DNA of 64,000 nucleotides from Pinctada imbricata. Lineage: Eukaryota. Made by a program: the position numbers and the translations under genes. Positions within the stretch are counted from its first letter, which is position 1. The number at the start of each line of letters is the position of its first letter. Location: NCBI GenBank assembly GCA_033119305.1, contig VSWD01000002.1, positions 9,338,974 through 9,402,973 on the forward strand, written 5' to 3'. The notes below the pieces were generated by a model that was not told the origin of the DNA, made no database searches, and worked only from the letters and a program-made list of their open reading frames with translations. Of this stretch, positions 1 to 13,382 are shown piece by piece.

Positions 1-157
1 AGATCCTTGCCTCACTCAACACCCCCTTCCCAACCTTACCTCGGGCAACCCCAACCTTACCTCACTCAACGCCCCCTTCCCAACTTTACCTCGGGCAACC
101 CCAACCTTACCTCACTCAACGCCCCCTTCCCAACCTTACCTTGGCCAACCGCACGTA
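1..157. repeat. 51-bp minisatellite, ~3 copies; the window starts inside the array
   Basis: The unit ctcactcaacRcccccttcccaacYttacctYgggcaaccccaaccttac recurs at 11, 62 and 113. Confidence 0.8.
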
Positions 158-1796
158 TGTCTAAAAACATCTTTTATTGGTGTGTGGTAGTAGAGGAAAT
201 GTCGGCGATAATACTCATGTATTTTGATTTCGACGATCCGTATCGATTCCATTTTTTCATTTTTCAAAATGTCATCGAGTAGGATCCTATTTCTCTTATT
301 ATTATAAAATGGAGCTTGTCAATGATACAGTTCTAAAGAAATTGTTGCATCCACGTTCATATATCCATTTTTTTCATCAAATTCAAACTCTATTGTACTT
401 CATTATGATTCAGTCAAGTGGCCATTCGATGCCTGAATGACCCGGGCCGTCCGTACCTAGTTCTCCCCCTGGTTTACATAGTAGAAATTCCTTCCTACCT
501 GAGAGAGAGTTAAATTCGGAGACATGAATCAGTGATTCATCTGTACATCTGACAATATAATAGTTATATGGCATATGCACAGAAGGCTAGATGATGGTCA
601 TTCCACATATGCTTTATTACATATACGCATGATCTATTATATGAATCGTTGATACATGTATGCACATTCCATGGCATAAATACACGTAATTCTACTGCAA
701 CATGCGCGTATGAGATGGGGGGGGGGGGGTCATTCATTCGCCGATATTTTTTAAAATTTAAAATTTCAGCAGATGAAGGGTTAGGGAATTTCAATATCTA
801 AGTTCTTTCACGGTCTATTAGCTAGATGTAATGCGTAAAAAAAGACACACAAAGTAGGGTTAGCATAAATGTAACTGTAAATTTATAACAATTCTTATAA
901 CAAATAAGTTTTAAGGGTTTACTAAACACAAAATCTACGCAAAAAGAAAATCCCGATTATCACAAAAGTATGAAATAATTTAGCAAATCAGCCACATTTG
1001 TGAGTGAATCTGCATGTAACTAAATGTTTCTCATTAAGATTTTAGCTTGCACGTTGATATTTCGTTAGCACAGTCTTAAGCAAGTTGTCAATTTTTCAAA
1101 AAATTAAACTCGTTTTAAACGTTGTAAAACAATATAATTTGTGAATAGTTACCTTCTCTAATTTCTTCCCGAGGGCAAGCTACTTTTCAAATTGTTTGAA
1201 AATATTTTTACATAGTGTAATCCAACTCCTAAATGTGTAACCCTACAATATGTATATACATTTTGTATACACCTGTGTAGATACCTGTACCAAGCATGCA
1301 CAGCGATTACTTTTCATTATAATACACAATGGGTAGAGTGTTCGATAATCAAGTGTAGGTATGAGAGAGGGGTAGGTTTATTTGAATAGGGAAATATAGA
1401 TTTGCAAATCAGTATCCCAAACTGAATGCTAGCTTTCCCCCGGGAAGGAATCAAAGAAGGTATATATGCATAAATCATATTGTTTAATGACTTTTACGGT
1501 CTGTGCTATTTTTTTGAAAATCAGCAACTCAATTGACCTATCGCCAACTCCTCCCCAATGATCGTTACAGGCATGCTAATAATAGCCTCTGCCCTGCACG
1601 TGCTGGGAGCTCGATGCTTGTACTCACAAAATAGTACAGTACAAACTATAATTTTAATGAAAGCCAAATATTTTTGTATCAGTTAATTCGTTATTGGAGA
1701 TGTTTTGCCGAATAATTCTACAGTTTTTGTAATAATCGAGATATTCCTGACAAGCTAACTTTGTGTTTAGTAAACCCTTAAAAGAAAGATGACCTA

Positions 1797-1863
1797 CCAC
1801 AAAAATTGTATTGACAGCAGCTAAGATGAACTTGGCTGTTTTTGCTCCGCAACCGGCCACCAT
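1797..1863 (-). CDS. Candidate first coding exon of a tetraspanin-like gene; the rest of the gene would lie at lower coordinates or outside the window
   Basis: The minus-strand ATG at 1863 gives MVAGCGAKTAKFILAAVNTIFVV, which resembles the tetraspanin N-terminus and first transmembrane segment. It is followed by the donor G|GTAGGT. A CRE-like tgacgtaa lies ~120 bp upstream. Confidence 0.3.
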
Positions 1864-2735
1864 TTTGATTTAGTATTGATCCAATTTACGGTGAAATTCC
1901 CGAGAGGGTGTTTATTACTGAATATCAACAGATCAGGTGAACGTTTCCCTGGAGATACCCTAGCTAGCTTCAGGTGTGCACTGTATTACGTCACAAAAAT
2001 CAGCGTCCTGAAATTGAAAGTAGGGGAAAGTCGAAACTGGAAGATGAAATATTTCTCAGAATGTAAAATATCCAAACCGCGTGGTGATGCGTTATCTATG
2101 AAATGGGCGTTCCCGTCTTTTAATCTATTACTCAAAGCTCAGTGACTACCTTGTACCCACGCACGTATAGTCGGCAAATGTCCGGGAAAACACGACCCCT
2201 GTGTAAACAACCACTTCTGTGTGTGACCACACAATGTACGGACGTTAACGCCTGTGTATTCAGGCGCGTATCCATACACTGGTCGTAAGTCTAGTAAATC
2301 GAATAGAATTACAATTTATTTCCAGAATGGGCAATGGTATACAAGCAATTGTAATAATGGTATAACATATGTATATGAAAGTAACGTATAAATATCATCA
2401 AAACAATCAAATTAACACTTATTTCGGCTTCGCAGCCATCCATACCTACATTTTAGTTTGATATACATAAATAAATTAATCAAATGATTTCTAACTATTA
2501 CCATAGGTAAAAATGACGTCAAATGCATTATTTCGACTCTACAAAACGTTAATGTCATTACCCAAAGTGACATATCATGTAATCTCATAATCAAGTAGAT
2601 CTTTTCGATGTAAAACTCAAAATTTTTAGATGGTATCTTCCGCCTTTGACTTCAAGTTACAACCCTGGCCAAGTGCCTTATAATATGTGTGTACACTGTA
2701 CATACTTGTTGATAGTAGATTCCACTTTAAATGTC

Positions 2736-2970
2736 GGTCAGCGACCTTATTTTTCTACTTCATCTCACCATCTTAAATAAAATTTTAAGGGTACCGGTTA
2801 CTATACTAGTATGATATAGAAGGTCTAGGTAACTGTTTTTAACCACAACTAGAATTTTTGAATTGATGTAGTTTCAATCTACACCAACAAAATAGGTCAG
2901 CGACCTTATTTTTCAAACATACTCTTACCTTTTTTAAAATAAAATTTCACGGTCTCGGTCACTAAATGAA
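2736..2970. repeat. Direct duplication of a ~75-bp segment, spaced ~158 bp apart
   Basis: ggtcagcgaccttatttttc...aaataaaatttYaMgg occurs at 2736 and again at 2894. Confidence 0.5.
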
Positions 2971-3713
2971 AAAAATGTCCCCTCTACAACAATCCACAGT
3001 AATCACAGTTTGAAACGTTTTATAAAATGATGTTATTTCCCCTACACCAACTTGTAATATACACCACAGAACGAGATCTGTTGTTGGAGTTCCGCATCAA
3101 AGTCGTATGACGCTTGCTCATTATATTATCAGTGGATTTGAGGATTTCGCAATTCATAAATTCCGCGGAAAAGGAGGGAGTAACTGTTTTTGATGACAAA
3201 TACAATAAAGTTGCATTGTGAAATATTTTTGGTTTAGAAGTGCGCATAAGGCAGTATTTACCGATTCATGATTCGTACTTTTCAATTACTGCTTTACCTC
3301 CCCATCTCCGTGCATACCCCCATTTTCATTTATGAACAATAAACTCTGGCCCATGATGCGTTCATTTTTTATTTTATTTTATTTTTTTTTTTTGTAAAAT
3401 GGGAAAATTAAAAGAGGAAATTTAAATTGAATCATTTTCTATAAATTCAAGGGAAATTCAATTCTGATTACAATATCCCTATTATTGGTCAATAAACTTT
3501 CACGATATTACGCTAAAACACAGACATAATATTCCATTTTTTTTCCTTGCGAAGATTACGGATGAAGGTTTTCATTCCGGAAGTGAAACCATTCTGCAAG
3601 GAATGCACAGCGATAAAACAGTATAGTCAACATTTTAAGTGACCAGGAAGCAAAGTTCAATAGAAAATATTTACCATATACTATAGGTTAAGTACGAAAT
3701 TTAAAAAAATCAA

Positions 3714-4056
3714 GGCAAGGAGGGGATTCCCCAACATGATGACGTTTACAGTGATCACAGCGGAACACACACGTATCAGACGTGTAAAATAACGGAGACC
3801 TGAAACGAGATATTTTTGGTGCATTGGTGGTACAATTGAAATGAATAACAGCGGATCTGTGTAAAAAAGGATACACGTGTACTACATAATCATAAACAAT
3901 ATAAATACTACCACAAAGACTAAGAGACAATAAGGAAACATTCCACTGCAACATGAAAGACAGGAAGACCAATGCACCCCACGCCGACTTTGGACCGGCA
4001 TCCACTCTAATCTATAGCAGATGTCGTGATCATCCGGATTACGTGTGCACAACCCT
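3714..4056 (+). mobile_element. Copy A of a ~300-350-bp dispersed SINE-like repeat family
   Basis: It shares the internal motif aaggaggggatYcccaacaNNa and the 3' motif ccggattaMgtgtgcacaaccctc with copies at 5010-5283 and 9010-9251. Confidence 0.4.
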
Positions 4057-4097
4057 CTTACTTGCATCTTCTTCACAAACAAGATATTAAAGATCAA

Positions 4098-4213
4098 GAA
4101 CTCTTGGTAACGAACAGGAACTCTTGGTAACGAACAGAAACTCTTGGTAACGAACAGGAACTCTTGGTAACGAACAGGAACTCTTGGTAACGAACAGGAA
4201 CTCTTGGTAACGA
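4098..4213. repeat. 21-bp tandem repeat, ~5.5 copies
   Basis: The unit aactcttggtaacgaacagga repeats in tandem. The minus-strand ORF 3882-4220 is an artefact of this array. Confidence 0.85.
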
Positions 4214-5009
4214 AAAACATCGTAATTAAATGGGTATCAAAAGAAGCTGGTAATTATATAGGGAAACAGTCAAAGCTCTGTTGGCTGAAGCGAGCTCATG
4301 AATTCGATCTCCTTTCAGATTGGACAAAAGATCGGGGACTGTTCGCTCACAATGCAATTTAGCTCTTTCATACATTAAATTTTGAAAGAAGCAAACAATT
4401 TCCCATCAAGTCACAAAAGCCATTAAATATATAAACCACCTCACACAAAATTTTACCTAGAGCTACGCCATGAATGAAAATCTCTTTATCAAAATACAAT
4501 CTGAATTTGTCATAAAATGTTCGCTTACTTTGCTTGCAATACAAATAAAAGCTCAACCGTTCAGATTATATAATGTATTTCTTTTATACTCAACCAAACA
4601 AAGAAAGCATTCATATAATTATGTAATACTCGATGTTTGCCTCTACCGGTATTTTTCAAATTCTACAGTATGATATGTCGCTGTCCCTCGTGTCCAGTGG
4701 CGGATCAAAGGAAATCACACAATCAGGTTATGACTGTATTCCTGTATTAATACCGCCGTTAAATCGACATTGCTGTCCCTGTACAGCACATTAAACACGA
4801 TAATAAGGATTGATCTGGATAATATTTCCTTCTGAATTTCCGCAAAATTATAGTACATTTTGTCACCGTGATATATGTATTATTAACGGCGAGTCTGCAA
4901 TAGCATGGGCGGGTCCTCAGAATTACATCGGAGTGGATGTCCAACCAAGGTGAAAGGGGGTGGGTGAGCCGATGATTTCTAGAAAAATTATACGTAAAAA
5001 TTGGGTACA

Positions 5010-5283
5010 TCTCCAGTTTTAGCCAAAGGATGGTATTGGAAAGAAAGGAGGGGATCTCCAACAACACCTAGTTGCTGCACCAACAGCAAAACCCCAAAAC
5101 ATTCACTGTAAGAACACAAAGCAGACACGCACATGAGGAGACGTATAAATAGTACAATGAATGCCAAATCACACAGAAACATGAAACACAAATGACTACA
5201 CATAAACCAAAGAAACCAACGGCCATCTGCCACGTCAGAAGCAAACGGTGTGGTTATCCTAAATTACGTGCGCACAACTCTCC
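5010..5283 (+). mobile_element. Copy B of the same SINE-like family
   Basis: It contains aaggaggggatctccaacaacacc and cctaaattacgtgcgcacaactctcc, matching the 3714 and 9010 copies. Confidence 0.4.
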
Positions 5284-5884
5284 CACTTTTCCGATTACCC
5301 AGAGGTCTCGAAGAACGTACAATGGTGGTGTAAAATAGCCTTCTCACTGTAAGATGAACATACAAACAAACGTCATGACGCAGAGGCCCAAGAAACACAG
5401 AGATGGATATGTAAAGGGATATTACATGTAGTAGAAAAAAAAAAACAACATGTGTTTGTGAAACACAAATGCCCCCTCGGCATCTTTGTCAGTAAAAATT
5501 GTATAATGGTCAAACACCAAGGTCAAGATCACAAGGTCAAAAATGTTGGTATCTATGGAAAGGCCTTGTCACAAGGAATACAATGTGAAATATCGAAGCC
5601 CTATCCCTTACCATTCAAAAGTTATGGCCAAGGTTAAAGTTTTTCAAAAGTAGGTCATACTCCAAGGTCAAAGTTTTTGCAGATAAACGGACAGGACAAA
5701 TGCTATATGCCCCCGAATCTTCGATAACGGGGGCATAAATGTACATAGGGAGAATGTGGAACAGCATACCTATTACCTAATAAAATTTAAGGAAAAACTT
5801 GAATAGTAATGGATAGGGCTTTGACATTTCACATGTGTATTCCTTGTGACAAGACCTTTCCATGAATACCAAAATTTTGACCTT

Positions 5885-6055
5885 GTGACTGTGACCTTTT
5901 TCATTTTCCTAAATATATTTTTCATTTTCCTAAATTTATTTTTCATTTTCCTAAATATATTTCTCATTTTCCTAAATATATTTCTCATTTCCGAAATATA
6001 TTTCTCGTTTTCCTAAATTTATTTTTCATTTTCCTAAATATATTTCTCATTTCAT
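5885..6055. repeat. 22-bp tandem repeat, ~7.5 copies
   Basis: The unit tttcattttcctaaatatattt repeats in tandem. The minus ORF 5773-5988 (MRNIFRK repeats) is an artefact. Confidence 0.85.
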
Positions 6056-6423
6056 TCTTTTTTATTTTTCATATTTGGCAATAACGGGCTTCCGTACATA
6101 AAAACAGAAGGCATACGAAATACAATGTAAAGTCCGTACTCTACCGGCTGTAGCGGGCTCGTGCATGTTATCACCCAAGGAGTCCAACTGATGGAGTCAT
6201 AACCATCCCGACTCTCCTTCCCAACCTACTGAACCAGTTTATTGATAATTCAAATAAGTTTTTTTTTACGGATTCTTTAAAATTTAATTCCCCTCTGAGT
6301 CATTACCTATTGGAACGGACATTTGATTCTAAATGAGTGTGGGCCTGCCGCCGGTAATTTTTGAAAATGATAAATATTCTGAATATTCTGATTAGAAAAA
6401 CATGTTGAAAGTACATGTAAAAC

Positions 6424-7098
6424 ATAGGAAATCACAGATTACGAAGCTCACCTCGATCGCGACAACAAAATTCAATTTAAACATATTTCTAAATACATTT
6501 ATATTGGCTTTTTAAAAAAGTTAAATCAATTACGCAGAAAAGAGTGGGTCAAGGTCATTCTATGAAAGTAATCCAATATGCAAGTTTGGTACGTGTCGCA
6601 CTTATACTTTGCTCAATATTGGCTTTTGAAGACAAAATCACTCATGCAGAAAAGTAGGTTAAGGTAATTTTATAAAAGCTTAATCATAGATATACATCCA
6701 CTATGCAAGTTTGGTACATGTAGCTATATACTTTGCTCAATATTAATTGGCATCCCAAGATGAATCACTTGTGCAAGTTTGGTTACTGTAGCCTCAGTAC
6801 TTTTTCAGATACTGAGCTACCCATACAACTTTAACCCGACACGGACGCGAGTCACTGAAACGAAAAATGCAGGTCAAATGCAGCATCCGATGCGTGGGTT
6901 CACCTCAGTATCAAAAGATGAATCACTTGTGCAAAATGTTAAAACGTCTTAAAATGCAATAGCATCATTTAAGAATAGTTTGGTAACTATAGCGCCATTA
7001 CTTTGTTGACCAGATACTATGCTTCCACAAAAACTTTAATCGTACGGGGACGGGGACGCCGGGGGTATAGAATAAGCTCATCTCAACTTCGTCGAATG
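6424..7098 (-). mobile_element. Short copy of the satellite-carrying non-autonomous element, inverted relative to the copy at 45944-47627
   Basis: 6424-6456 is the reverse complement of the 3' terminus gaggtgagcttcgtaatctgtgattNcctatg. 7040-7098 is the reverse complement of the 5' terminus cgacgaagttgag..gagcttatNctata plus a (CGTCCC)n tract. The interior carries the same 118-bp and 147-bp satellite units. Confidence 0.7.
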
Positions 7099-7424
7099 AA
7101 AGGATGTTTTATTTTTTAATTTTAGAATCAAACGATCGCTCGTAGAGTAAGAGCTCCGATAAAATCGATGAATAGGTCTTACTTATTTCATTTGTTTTAC
7201 TAACTTTGTTTACATGCGAAATCGACCAAAATTTTGTTACCTTGTAGTATAGAGTATGATTGATTTTAGCACAAGCCGTATTGTAAAAAAAAAATGTCGA
7301 TATAGCTCTCATTAATTAAATTAAAATAAAAGCTGGGTGAAAATCGATGCTTCAGATGTGAATAAATACAAATGATTGATTTTTTTTCTTGTGTTGGGGA
7401 TGGTGAGGGTGGGTTGGGGGTCAA

Positions 7425-7960
7425 CACCGGCCATGTGGAGTGTGGTGTGTCCACACCGACCATGTGGAGTGTAATGTGTCCCCACCGACCATGTGGAGTG
7501 TAGTGTGTCCGCCGACCATGAGATGTAGTGTGTTCACACCGGTCATGTGGAGTGTGGTGTGTTAAAACCGGCCATGTGGAGGATAGTGTGTCCAACCCGG
7601 CCATGTGGAGTGTGGTGTGTCAACACCAGACATGAAGAGCGTAATGTGTTCACCCCGGCCATGTGGAGTGTGGTGTGTCCACACCGGCCATGTGGAGTGT
7701 GGAGTGTTCACCCCGGCCATGTGGAGTGTGGTGTGTCCATCCCGTCCATGTGGAGTGTGGTGTGTCCACACCGGCCATGTGGAGTATAGTGTGTCCACAT
7801 CGGCAATGTGAAGTGTGATGAATCCGCAATAGACATGAGGAGTGCAGTGTCAACACCAGACATGAGGAGTGTAGTGTGTCCACACAGGCCATGTGGAGTG
7901 TTGTGTGACCACACAGGCCATGTGTTATGGAGTGTTCACACCGGCCATGAGGAGTGCAGT
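7425..7960. repeat. ~29-30-bp minisatellite, ~18 copies
   Basis: The unit cacaccggccatgtggagtgtggtgtgtc repeats in tandem. Each unit has internal dyad symmetry (cacac...gtgtg). ORFs on both strands at 7266-7914 are artefacts. Confidence 0.9.
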
Positions 7961-8039
7961 CTATGATCTTTTGCTCCTAACGGGACGAAAATACCCCCTG
8001 CAGCAACATTTTTTGAAAAGATATCTTGGGATCAAGGGC

Positions 8040-8200
8040 AAGCGTCAACTGTGACCTTCAATTTTGACCTATGACCTTAGTTTAAGGTCATGACATCCCT
8101 TATGTCTCCGGACAAGGTTTTACTAATGATGTCTATTGTGTCCTTGACCTTTGACCCATGACCTTGGTTCAAGGTCATGACACACCCTTAGATCCAAAGG
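8040..8200. repeat. Two ~80-bp direct repeat units carrying inverted AGGTCA/TGACCT half-sites
   Basis: tgacctatgaccttagtttaaggtcatgac and tgacccatgaccttggttcaaggtcatgac. The half-sites resemble the nuclear-receptor AGGTCA motif. Confidence 0.4.
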
Positions 8201-9009
8201 AGCATTTCTGTAAAATATTATTGAAATCCATTCACAGGGGGGAGGAGTTAAATGCTCCGGACTAGTTGTGATGGATGGACAGATGGACAGACAGGGTGAT
8301 TCCTATATACCCCAAGCTTTGTCTGCGGGAGGTATAACTACATATTTGATAATTGGAAAAATAAGGTTTTTTTGTACACTTCTTATATCACCTCGGCCCC
8401 TCTAATTCTACGCCTGATAAAGGAAAAAGGAAAAAGTTACAGTACAATGTATAATTGTATTTCCACTTCAAGGAAATATCCAAAATCTACCAAAGGTACC
8501 AATCTTATATGTAAATAAATAAATGTATGGAGAAACAACACAAAAAAGGTACAAATGGCTACGATAATAAAACATGTTCAAATCCAGCGGAGGGAAAGTG
8601 CGTCCCTTAGACCAGCAGGGCACACGAACATGTCTCTCGTCAGAACCTGCAATGTACTGGAATGTTAACGTCTTCAAATCCAATAGCATCATTTATGAAT
8701 AGATCATTTTGCAGCATGGACCAGACATGCACGTTTCGGGTACTTAACCTTCGTCAGTGATCCTCAATCTAAACAAAAGTAATATGGACAAAGAATGAAA
8801 ATTATGTCCAAAAATGTACCGAAAATGTAGCAGGATGGGTCAGGGTGGGATATGATGCTACAGGACCCACGTTTTAGAAATTCCAAGATAAAATAGAAAG
8901 GCTGTAACTCGCGTACATAAAGGTAATATTCTGGATCAAAGGAACCAAAGCCAGGGCGAGACCAGGTGCACGTGCCCGGGTAAAGTCAGCGTCTCCGGTT
9001 TGCCTGCAA

Positions 9010-9251
9010 GAAAGGAGGGTATTTCCAACAACACGCGGTTCCAGCAACCACAAAAATAACCTATGCATGTCCACAGAAAGAGACGCAAAAGGGACAAGGA
9101 ACACCAATAAACAACATAAAACATCAAACACAAAGGACAGTTCGACTACACATTTAAAGAGACCAATGGGCAGCAGGTGCAGACTATGGACGGTCATCTG
9201 ATATGCTAGTAGCAAATGGTGTGATTATCCGGATTAAGTGTGCACAACCCT
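9010..9251 (+). mobile_element. Copy C of the SINE-like family
   Basis: It contains aagaaaggagggtatttccaacaacac and ends ccggattaagtgtgcacaaccctc. Confidence 0.4.
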
Positions 9252-10456
9252 CATAGACTCATACACATTACAAATTTGGTGAGGGTACATGGCCTTGTTA
9301 TCGAGAAATGAGACGGAGACCTTTACCAATATTTCTGCAATTCTGAAAAACTCAAATAATTCTTTGTCCAAACTATTAAAGAATAAAGTACTATGGTTTG
9401 GATACTGAAATTTTCAGGGATTCATGCCTAGGGATAGACTCGATCATACACAATATAAATTTGGTGAGGGTACATAGCCTTGTTACCGAGATTTCTGCAG
9501 GTCTAAATTCGGGATTCAGTGACGCAATAACAACCAGCACGGATGTCGATTTTTGTAGCGTTGATCTTGACTTCGCGTTTCATTGTGGGGTAGCCACAGG
9601 TACGTCACAGGTGTTCGATGTCATGGATCTACAATCGCATCCCCCTTCTCTTATTGTTTTATTTGATAAGGAAAGTGAAAGTACTATAGAGAAGGGGGTA
9701 AATTATTCAGGGTTGTTGGTGCCGAGCACCTGTGCCACAGGTCTTCATCCTGGACCCTCTGCCTGGGTGGGTGATAGAAAGGGAGTTGGAGGGACGCTAG
9801 GCGTCAAAAACCCTTTCCCATTTATATATATCTTTTCCACGCTCACACCCCTAAACTCAAATCCTGTGTTCGCCTCTGTGATGCACATAGCATATTTTAA
9901 AAGTATTCATAAAGATGATGATGAAAACTGAGGTAGTACTTAGAAAATCTTGAAAGGTTAATATCTAGAATAGAACAGTGAAAATTTCGAAATGTCTCGG
10001 CGTACGGTCAACATGGTCAAAGGATATAAACACGATAAAACTGACCCATATTAAACAAGTTACTCCCCAAACCTACTTTGTATAATTATATATATGGTAT
10101 AAGCTGGCTCAAATTCCATCATAGATCGTCAAAAGATGCTAATGTTAAATAGATTATAATTAAGGACTCAGCACTTGATGATACGTATTCCTTTCTGTTA
10201 ATGAGTATGACTTATCAAAACCGTATCAAAACTTACTCATTTCGATGTACTAAGAGGGGGGGGGGGGGGGAGGGAGGGGGTCAGATCACACACCCATGAA
10301 ATTAGCCAAAATTTCGAGTATTTTTTTCCAAAACCAATCGTAGGCTGGAATCCCTCCCTAAACTGTGTGGTGTATATTATACACCTGTATGAAATATACT
10401 ACAAAATGAATCAAGCATTAATTACCTATAGTTACTTCAACAAGGGCGTAGGAGAA

Positions 10457-10543
10457 GGGGGGGGGGGGCAGCGGGGACACATCCCCCACACTTTGAAAAG
10501 TGGGGGACACAACCATGTTTGTGCCCCCCCCCCCACTTTTCAA
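10457..10543. repeat. G12 tract followed by an imperfect ~50-bp palindrome ending in a C11 tract
   Basis: The arm ttgaaaagtgggggacacaacc around a catg centre mirrors ggtttgtgccccccccccccacttttcaa. Confidence 0.7.
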
Positions 10544-11574
10544 TCACAAAATTTTATGATGCATTGACACTGTTTAAAATAGCAACATTTTGTACCATTA
10601 ATATACAATTTTTCGGTCAATTTTCTAAATTTTTTTTTCTCTGGCTCGCTACCGCTCGCCAGTTCTTTATAGACTTTCTGAATAATTTAGCTATTCTGAT
10701 CGATGTACATGGAGACATTTAACTCAAACTATGTAGAATATTATTACATGATAGAGGGTATAGAAAGTATTTTCTGATAAGTCCATATTTTGCTAAAAAA
10801 AATTCCTGGCTCGCTACCGCTCGCCAGACATTTATTCATTTACTTAAAAATTTGAATAGCCCCAGAAATGTTAAAAATTTGTGCATACAGAAAATGAAAT
10901 CCCCATATTTGTTTTTAATCTCTCCCCATCTCCTATTTTTTTCTAGCTTGTTAGAAATTCCGGGATGTTGTGCCACTCCACTTTTTTCAGGCATAGCTAC
11001 GCCATTGTAACTACATGTATGTAGTATATATAAACTATGTAGTATTTATAAACTAAGTATTATATACATGTACTGCAGTATCATACTCAGTATAAACTAT
11101 GCAGCACTAGCACAGTGCAGCTTTTTGAGCACCTGTCCAACAACCTGTGCTTTCCCGCGCAAACGAAAACAGGTAAATATAACGTGCATGCATGCAACCT
11201 GACCCAAACCAGCCTTTGATGGCTATTTGGAAAGTTGGGGGCTGGATTAATTCGGACTAGGATGCAGCATGCCGCTCGTGGAATGTTTTACAAACATGAA
11301 AAATGCAGAAACAAAAAATACTAAAGATTCACTCACCTGTGACGGAGAGGAGCCCAGGTAAACAATACACACGCACCGATGCTAGTGTCTGAGTAATTAG
11401 AAAGGAACTGTTCAATGACACGCTTTTTATCTCGGCGTTCACATGACAAACGTTTCTTTCACAAATTTTCTGTTGCTAAGTACCACAGTGGGGCCATCAA
11501 GGGGAAATCATGTGCCGGTCTAGAGCCGGGTTGTTGAAAATGAGTATTTTCCAGTATTCTTATCTCATTTTAAA

Positions 11575-11850
11575 AGGATATATAGATATAAAAAAAATTG
11601 AATTTTTGACATCACAAATTCTATTTTGTGATATCAAATAATCGAATTTTTGATATCACAAATTCCAATTTGTGATATCGAAATTTGTGATATCAAAAAT
11701 TCGATTATTTGATATCACAAAATAGAATTTTTGATGTCAAAAATTCGATTTTTTGATTTCACAAAATTCGACGGAATTTCTGATATCAAAAAATCGAATT
11801 TGTGATATCACAAATTCGAATTAATGATATCAAAAAATAGTGAATAAATA
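11575..11850. repeat. AT-rich array of a ~23-bp unit in alternating direct and inverted orientation (foldback-like)
   Basis: The unit tttgtgatatcaaaaattcgatt and its reverse complement alternate. The array has multiple nested dyad symmetries. Confidence 0.7.
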
Positions 11851-12790
11851 GTAATTTTTAACGGCGCCTCGAAATTAAAACATCTTTGCATTTCTGATCC
11901 GTTTCCTCATTTTACGTACGATGCTGTATACGCACGTGCTTCCCAGTTGCATGTAACGGTGATGGTATTACAGGTATAGAATACTCTAGTATTTAGAATT
12001 ATACTGATATATAAGGATACGCCAAGCAAGACGGCCACCATGTCGTTTGAATCTCGTAATTTCTTCTGCAACAGCTACGTGAAAATGAATCAAAACATAC
12101 ATATCTTATTCTCAAACACATCAAGACTTATTCAAATAAATATTTTTAAACCAATTTTTTTTATAATTTATGGATCTATATATAAAATGGGTTTTAACTT
12201 AAACTCAACCATCTAAAGTTAAAACTAGACTTTGTCTAAAAAGTTTTTTGTTTTGTTTTGTTTTGTCTTTTACTTTCTTTAATAAAAATATCAGTTCTTG
12301 TATCTTCAAATGCATCTAACATTGCACTTAGTGTAAAGTAAATTAATGTTTTTTTTTAATTGGTTTACTTGGTTCTACAGAATTCAGAAAAAAATACATA
12401 TATGTTTTTTAAAAATAACATCTAGGTTGCCAAACTTCAATTTAAATAAAATCGGGATCGTTCGGACAGCCTAAAGCGAAAGTAAGAACTGCAAATTTGC
12501 AAAATAACTAGCTGACAAGAGTAAAATGGCAAGGAATAAGTCTAGGCTAGATAAAACTATCATCAAGACTCATTCCTACACCGAAATTTCAGAAGAAGTA
12601 TCCATATTATAGTGGGTATTAACTATTTATCTGTTTATCTTTTACTAGTTTTAGTTATAATCAAAAAGTTGAAATTCTTCAAATAAACAGGTGCTTATTG
12701 GGGAGAACACCAAAAGTAGCAGTTATACTCAGAGTTAGCATGACATCACACAAAAGTGTGTTAAAGATTAAGCAATGGTGAATTACATAA

Positions 12791-13281
12791 CTACTGTCCT
12801 GTTCACTAATTCCAGAGCACCCTGTTTTCCCGGTTTTCTCTAAAATATGATAATGTCATCTTCCAAAAAGAGATCAATTTTATAGTACTCCTTTAGTCTT
12901 AACAGAAAATAGCATTCTTTTGGCTGTGCGTCAGCTAAGTTAGAAATAGGACGGAAAATAAAAAGTCTACGGGAATTTTCTATAGTAAAATCGCTGAAAA
13001 TGCGTGACGTCGGGAGCTTTGACGTCACTGTTTACCATTGTTGACATGGAGAACAATATGGCGGCGGCTTGAAATTAACATGGGAATTTCCCGTAGACAT
13101 TTTATTTTTTCATTTTGCGGGTTGAAGGCAGCTGATAGGGTAAGTTGAAGTTAATTTCTAGTTACGACTAAACAGCTAAAGGAGGTCAATTCTCAGAAAC
13201 AATAATTTATAGCAAAATTCTTCAGACGACAGAATAAATCGCCCAAATAGGGTGCTCTGGAATTAGTGAACAGGACAGTAA
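12791..13281. mobile_element. ~490-bp MITE with 33-bp terminal inverted repeats
   Basis: Left TIR ctactgtcctgttcactaattccagagcaccct at 12791. The right end 13248-13280 is its reverse complement with 32 of 33 matches. The interior holds a nested palindrome ctacgggaattttc...gggaatttcccgtag and two tgacgtc motifs. Confidence 0.75.
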
Positions 13282-13382
13282 ACAGGAGAATTATTGGGGT
13301 TTATCATGAAGCGTAAGAGAGCAACCATTTGATTTTAGGGGGAGGGGGGGGGGTTAGTTGGTGGGCTTGCAAAATTATTCTA

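Noticed and set aside
1876-2145. 89-aa plus ORF immediately upstream of the tetraspanin-like exon.
   Set aside because: It overlaps the probable promoter or 5' region of the minus-strand gene and has no recognisable domain.
3882-5988. ORFs 3882-4220 and 5773-5988 (minus) with repeated peptides.
   Set aside because: They are translations of the 21-bp and 22-bp tandem arrays.
7266-7914. Six ORFs on both strands encoding CPHRPCGVW / HTPHGR repeats.
   Set aside because: They are frame translations of the 29-30-bp minisatellite.
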